From the IMG/VR virus record IMGVR_UViG_3300030095_003814, positions 1 through 59,967 of that record: 59,967 nt of DNA, one strand, 5' to 3'. Every line of letters starts with the position of its first letter. Positions within the stretch are counted from its first letter, which is position 1. Origin of the DNA: a virus (lineage: Duplodnaviria; Caudoviricetes). Both the position numbers and the translations under genes were made by a program. The notes beneath the pieces were generated by a model. That model had not been told where the DNA came from. It saw only the letters and a program-made list of their open reading frames with translations, and ran no database searches. This document shows, piece after piece, positions 55,781 to 59,967 of the stretch.

Positions 55781-57736
55781 TTAACCTCCGATCCAAGTTG
55801 GCAATTTCATATTGATTGTGTTTTCGTATTTCGTTTTGTTGCGCAACGAACCATGCGCGTTAACCTCGTTCAAGTCTTTCATATGTTCAATCATTTTTGA
55901 TTGCATTTCAAGGAATTGTTTTTCCTTACGTTCAATGTTTTTAACAACTTGGCCCTCTGTTTCAGCAGCAATGAAGTGTGCGTTTACGGCGCTCTTTTGC
56001 CCGAAACGGTAGAACCGTCTGATTGCCTGATAAACTTGCTCGTAGCTATCGTTCAGGCCAACAAAGCAAGTATTACTGCAATGTTGTAGATTTAATCCAA
56101 CTCCGCAAATAGAGGTTTTAGTTACTAATATTGGTTTTTCTTGGTTCTTGAAGGATATTAGCTTCTTTTCTTTTTGATCCTCGCTGTCTGCGCCCCTAAT
56201 TGAGATGCATTGATCTCCAAAATACCTTGCTATTTTATCCTGCTCGTCATTCAGATTGCACCATATCACCCAAGGGGTTTGAATGCTCAATGTATTCGGC
56301 AGCTTTCCTGAGGATTTCTGGATTGTCTTTGAATTTACCAAGTCCGAGATTACACCAGTTGCACAGCAATCCCCTAATTCTTCCTGTTCTGTGACAATGG
56401 TCAATTTTGAAGTATTTTGACTTTCCCCCGACTTCTGATGATCCGCATATTTTGCATTTTCCTGCTTGTTGATCAAGCATGATCTCGTATTCTGATTGTC
56501 CAATACCGTAAGTTGACCTAAGTCTTTCGTCTCTTTTTTTGTTTTTACATCTTGATCTTGCTTGTTGTTTGCATTTTTCTCTAAACTCAGGATCTGATTT
56601 GTATCTTTCCCTTCTTGATTTGTTGTATTTTTTTGATTGTTCTGGTGTTCGCTTGTTCCAGTTTTCTTTGTTTTCAGAGTAGTATTTTCGCATGTACTCT
56701 TTGTTTTCGTCACCTGATCTTGATTGTGACCTTCTGCGCTCGCGCTCTTCTGCGCAAGATGCATATTTCTTTCGTCTGTTTTTTGCGTATTCTGGTTTCC
56801 AAGGCATTCTGCCAGTTTATTACTAAAAACACCTGATTGCAACATAATTTCGTAGTTGCAAATAACGTCTACTGCTTTTTTGCATCTTTCCTCAATCGTT
56901 TCTTTACGTGCTGTAATGCGTTCCTGCATGGTATGTGCTTCCATTGGGAACAAAGTAGACAGATCGTTCTGATCATAATCAACGCCAACAGTATGTTGAA
57001 TAATGTTTAGGTTTGGCAGATCATAGCCTTCTGTCTCATAACCGATATCACGCGGATGCTGAAACATAACTGACCAAGTAGACATCCACTGCCAAAACTC
57101 TGACTGAGCATGTCCCTTTAATCGCCACTTTTGCGTTTCGCCACCATCATGCACAAAAAACATTGCAAGCATTTCGGTGTAATTCATAACGCCTAGAAAT
57201 TCCGCGTGATTGCCAATCTCCATAAAGTCGTTAGGCGCTGGCGTGGCGGTAGCAGCGAGACGGAATGGGACAACCTGACATTCTTCAATCAGCATGTTGC
57301 GCGTTTTGCCGGTGAAAGACTTTAGAATACTGCTTTCATCCAATACAACCCCGCCAAATGCAGACATATCAAAGTGCTGCATTTTTTCATAGTTAGTTAC
57401 GTAAATTCCGTTTCTAACGTCTGATTGTTCTTTTGCTTGATGAATTTCAATGCCGAACTTTTCTCCCTCGTCAATAAACTGACCTGATACAGCAAGCGGC
57501 GTTAAAATCAACACGGGCTTTCCGGTATATTCGTTAACCTGTTTTGCCCATTCCATTTCCATGAAACTTTTACCCATGCCGGTGCCAGCAAAAACAGCAG
57601 CGCGACCACGACGCAAAGCCCAACTTGTTACAGCATGTTGAAAATCAAATAGACCGCTGTTCAGACTTGGGACATTTGCAATGCCCGTATCTAAATCAAC
57701 CGCTTGCTTGCGGCGCAAAAAATCTTCGTAATTCAA
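55781..57736 (-). CDS. SF2 (SNF2-like) helicase with an insertion of about 195 aa
   Basis: GTGMGKS, TNYEK, LDESS, TATPAPND, PWVIWC, GLNLQHC, QAIRRFYRFGQ. Confidence 0.88.
   Translation of the reverse strand: MNYEDFLRRKQAVDLDTGIANVPSLNSGLFDFQHAVTSWALRRGRAAVFAGTGMGKSFMEMEWAKQVNEYTGKPVLILTPLAVSGQFIDEGEKFGIEIHQAKEQSDVRNGIYVTNYEKMQHFDMSAFGGVVLDESSILKSFTGKTRNMLIEECQVVPFRLAATATPAPNDFMEIGNHAEFLGVMNYTEMLAMFFVHDGGETQKWRLKGHAQSEFWQWMSTWSVMFQHPRDIGYETEGYDLPNLNIIQHTVGVDYDQNDLSTLFPMEAHTMQERITARKETIEERCKKAVDVICNYEIMLQSGVFSNKLAECLGNQNTQKTDERNMHLAQKSASAEGHNQDQVTKTKSTCENTTLKTKKTGTSEHQNNQKNTTNQEGKDTNQILSLEKNANNKQDQDVKTKKETKDLGQLTVLDNQNTRSCLINKQENAKYADHQKSGESQNTSKLTIVTEQEELGDCCATGVISDLVNSKTIQKSSGKLPNTLSIQTPWVIWCNLNDEQDKIARYFGDQCISIRGADSEDQKEKKLISFKNQEKPILVTKTSICGVGLNLQHCSNTCFVGLNDSYEQVYQAIRRFYRFGQKSAVNAHFIAAETEGQVVKNIERKEKQFLEMQSKMIEHMKDLNEVNAHGSLRNKTKYENTINMKLPTWIGG
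56247..56807 (-). CDS. Endonuclease VII-family homing endonuclease nested out of frame in the helicase gene
   Basis: YGI...EYE.ML..Q.GKCKIC...IDHCHRTGRIRGLLCNWCNLGLGKFKDN...L.KAAEY. Confidence 0.9.
   Translation of the reverse strand: MPWKPEYAKNRRKKYASCAEERERRRSQSRSGDENKEYMRKYYSENKENWNKRTPEQSKKYNKSRRERYKSDPEFREKCKQQARSRCKNKKRDERLRSTYGIGQSEYEIMLDQQAGKCKICGSSEVGGKSKYFKIDHCHRTGRIRGLLCNWCNLGLGKFKDNPEILRKAAEYIEHSNPLGDMVQSE
56808..56842 (-). promoter_or_regulatory. Internal promoter for the nested endonuclease (leaderless)
   Basis: Minus strand TTGCAA (56842-37), 17 nt, TAAACT (56819-14), 6 nt, ATG. Confidence 0.65.
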
Positions 57737-57787
57737 ATTACCCTCCTAAAAGTGATGGCGGCAATTTATACCACCATCTAAACATTG

Positions 57788-57991
57788 TCAAATCAACTCA
57801 TTAACTGTTGGGTATTTAATATCAGGTCTATACCTGATTGCTTGCTGCATAAACTGACGCAACGTCATGCGCTTTCCGCTTGGCGACCGCGCCTCTCCTC
57901 TGTTTTGATCGTATTTGTACCCGTATTTTGTCAGAACCAATTCCGCCTCTTTCACCGGGTTAAAGTCCTGTTTACGCTTTTGCAAGCTCAT
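57788..57991 (-). CDS. Hypothetical protein
   Basis: Coupled ORF. Confidence 0.55.
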   Translation of the reverse strand: MSLQKRKQDFNPVKEAELVLTKYGYKYDQNRGEARSPSGKRMTLRQFMQQAIRYRPDIKYPTVNELI

Positions 57992-58391
57992 TTCTCAATT
58001 CCTCGTAATCAATACCCAAGTGCGCAATCATTACACTAATTGCACCTTCATAAAACTTTTCGAATTCGTCTTGGCCCATACTTTCGAATGCGATTGATTT
58101 AGGTTTTCTCCATGTGTATTCCGTTCCAAGAATAGGCCGATCTTTACAATAGCCCAATTCAATCTTGATTGCATCTAAAAGCGCATCTTCTTTCCAGTCC
58201 GTGGCCTCACACACCAAATGCAACAACGCAAATAGCTTGCAATGATGTTTAAGGTTGCGCGGTCTTTTCGCTTCAATCAGAACAAGCGATCCATCCTTGA
58301 TGCCGTCAAGCCATTCTGCATCGCGTCGGTTTGTTGGTTGCAGCGTATTGCCAACCTTGCGCATGGTGTGTTTTTTAGGCATCTGGGCCAT
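57972..58391 (-). CDS. DUF1367-like protein
   Basis: RPRNLKHH.KLFALL...PKSIAFESM.QDEF..FY. Confidence 0.75.
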   Translation of the reverse strand: MAQMPKKHTMRKVGNTLQPTNRRDAEWLDGIKDGSLVLIEAKRPRNLKHHCKLFALLHLVCEATDWKEDALLDAIKIELGYCKDRPILGTEYTWRKPKSIAFESMGQDEFEKFYEGAISVMIAHLGIDYEELRNELAKA

Positions 58392-58563
58392 CCATCATTG
58401 GCATCCAATGAGTTAATGAATATATAAAATGTCCATAATGAAAATCTTCAAATTCTCCATATTCATCACAATATCTTACCATCAATGGAAACGCTGTGTG
58501 TTTTCTCCATGCAAAAAACAACCTTCCATCCATTGGTGCCGTTTCAATTGGTCGCCATGTCAT
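58375..58563 (-). CDS. DUF551-like protein
   Basis: WRPIETAP.DG...THWMP. Confidence 0.75.
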   Translation of the reverse strand: MTWRPIETAPMDGRLFFAWRKHTAFPLMVRYCDEYGEFEDFHYGHFIYSLTHWMPMMDGPDA

Positions 58564-58882
58564 TTGTAATCCTCCATTGTTCCTTGCACCATTCTAGCAA
58601 GTCATATCCTAACATCTTATCAAACGCCGCTCGTCCCAATGCCTCGTATGACACTTCACTATCAATCGTAATCCTGTGATGACGTGGGCATAATGGCGCA
58701 ATGTATCTGTGATCACGCTTTCCGCCTGCACCATCCTTGACGTGATGCACCTCGGCTGGCATTCCGCACACAAGGCAACCCATATTCGCTATACGCTGCA
58801 TGTGTGCTTTTTCTAGTGCATCTGGTGGGCGCGAACGTTTATCACGAATGCGCCCAACCTTGCGTCCTTTAGTAATTAACAC
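58544..58882 (-). CDS. Ref/DUF968-like HNH-fold nuclease
   Basis: GCLVCG..AEVHH...IAPLCPRHH. Confidence 0.75.
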   Translation of the reverse strand: MLITKGRKVGRIRDKRSRPPDALEKAHMQRIANMGCLVCGMPAEVHHVKDGAGGKRDHRYIAPLCPRHHRITIDSEVSYEALGRAAFDKMLGYDLLEWCKEQWRITNDMATN

Positions 58883-59303
58883 GGCTCACAACGAATTTTT
58901 CGCCAAGGTTATGAAACTCGCACTTAACATCTGGCATGTGCCTTTTAACTGCGCTGCGAACGTGCTGTAGAGAACTTACACCAAATGCATCAAGCCTACC
59001 AGAGAACGAATTACCGCCTTTCAGAGCGTCAAAAATCGGCGTGAATTTGCTTTTCTTCGGCGGCAAAGGTTCGCCATCCATCTTTACGATGAACTTTTCA
59101 CCATCCGTAACTACGCTAGTTGATACGCCTTTCTTTTTTCCCCATTCGAAGATAGCTCGACGCATTGTGTGTACTTGGCTTTTAACGTCGCCAGTCATTC
59201 CTTGACGTTGATCACGCCAATTCGGACACCATTCATCAAGGTCTCCGACATATTCACCTTTTGCAAGCAATGATTTGTAGATGTCACCATAAACTGATGG
59301 CAT
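58869..59303 (-). CDS. Hypothetical protein
   Basis: AGGAGG SD. Confidence 0.7.
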   Translation of the reverse strand: MPSVYGDIYKSLLAKGEYVGDLDEWCPNWRDQRQGMTGDVKSQVHTMRRAIFEWGKKKGVSTSVVTDGEKFIVKMDGEPLPPKKSKFTPIFDALKGGNSFSGRLDAFGVSSLQHVRSAVKRHMPDVKCEFHNLGEKFVVSRVNY

Positions 59304-59326
59304 AAATTAACCTCCTTTTTATTGCA

Positions 59327-59752
59327 TTAGAACGGGATACTATCGCTTAGATCATCGTCAAGAGAGTTTGATTGATCCTGATATCCGCCTGACTGACCGC
59401 CACCGGAACTAGACTTTCCGCCCAACATTTTCATATCATTGATAATGAACTCAGTTGAATAACGATCAGCCCCGCTTTGATCCTGCCATTTCCGCGTCTG
59501 CATCTTACCTGACACATACAGCAAGTCACCTTTGCTCACGTACTTTTCAGCAACCCCGGCCAAGCCATCGCCATTCTTGTTACCAAACAATACGCAATTT
59601 ACCCATTCCGTTTTTTCTTGCTGGTTGCCTTGGTTGTCGCGGTATTTTTCGCTTGCCGCCAAAGAAAAATTGGCAACCTTGGTCCCTGATTGCGTTAGCC
59701 GTACTTCAACATCTTTTCCGACGCGCCCGATAAATTTACATTCGTTTAGCAT
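59327..59752 (-). CDS. ssb: Single-stranded DNA-binding protein
   Basis: OB fold (IGRVGKD, KTEW, KGDLLYVSGKMQTRKW) and acidic DSIPF tail. Confidence 0.95.
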   Translation of the reverse strand: MLNECKFIGRVGKDVEVRLTQSGTKVANFSLAASEKYRDNQGNQQEKTEWVNCVLFGNKNGDGLAGVAEKYVSKGDLLYVSGKMQTRKWQDQSGADRYSTEFIINDMKMLGGKSSSGGGQSGGYQDQSNSLDDDLSDSIPF

Positions 59753-59967
59753 CACTTTTTACCTTTCAATTCCGCATAACACGCACGTGCGATTTTCAAT
59801 TCTGGATCGTTTAGCTTGTCAGTCAAAGCCTTTACGTCCGCTCCTTTTTGTTCCAATACACCAGCATCGGCCCATTCTTTAAACATCTTGCGGCATTCTT
59901 GCAAATCATGGCTTTCGTTCTGCGGGACAACTTTTGGCTTTTCTTCTTTTTCGCCTCGGCGCTGTTT
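59752..59967 (-). CDS. Rad52/Sak-like single-strand annealing protein, 3' part
   Basis: Frame continues across the junction to TGA at 59754-59752, overlapping the ssb ATG (TGATG). Confidence 0.7.
   Translation of the reverse strand, partial: KQRRGEKEEKPKVVPQNESHDLQECRKMFKEWADAGVLEQKGADVKALTDKLNDPELKIARACYAELKGKK
59879..59967. repeat. Terminal direct repeat, copy 2
   Basis: Identical to 1-89. Confidence 0.95.

Noticed and set aside
56280-56865. Intein or self-splicing intron as the explanation for the helicase insert
   Set aside because: The insert starts near a Cys but has no Hint motifs or terminal HN-C/S/T. The nuclease ORF and its promoter fill nearly the whole insert, leaving no room for an intron core.
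59879-59967. Biological direct terminal repeat
   Set aside because: It falls in the middle of a gene and is more simply explained as assembler overlap of a circular contig.
1-59967. CRISPR array, integrase, transposase or rRNA
   Set aside because: No regularly spaced repeat-spacer array and no recognisable recombinase, transposase or rRNA signatures were seen.

Overview
The window is an apparently complete, circularly assembled genome of a tailed dsDNA phage with siphovirus-type tail genes (59,878 bp unique; bases 1-89 repeat at 59879-59967). GapR, DnaN and GTA-type holin homologues point to an alphaproteobacterial host (inference). No integrase or DNA polymerase is recognisable. It encodes a replication initiator with internal iterons, a split T7-gp4-like primase-helicase, beta clamp, SSB, Rad52-like recombinase, RusA, two DNA methyltransferases, two tRNAs and head/tail/lysis genes. 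The most unusual feature is a pair of putative homing endonucleases lodged inside host genes with no visible intron or intein. An EndoVII-type gene, with its own predicted leaderless promoter, lies in an alternate frame inside the SF2 helicase gene, whose frame stays open. An HNH gene has captured the first 24 codons of terS, and terS now starts with a different 24-codon N-terminus. Other oddities: a two-frame C5 methyltransferase, late genes scattered among early-gene blocks (including a displaced tail-terminator gene), repeated promoter cassettes, paralogues with swapped middles, and several structured non-coding RNA candidates. All family assignments come from motif recognition by eye; no database searches were run.
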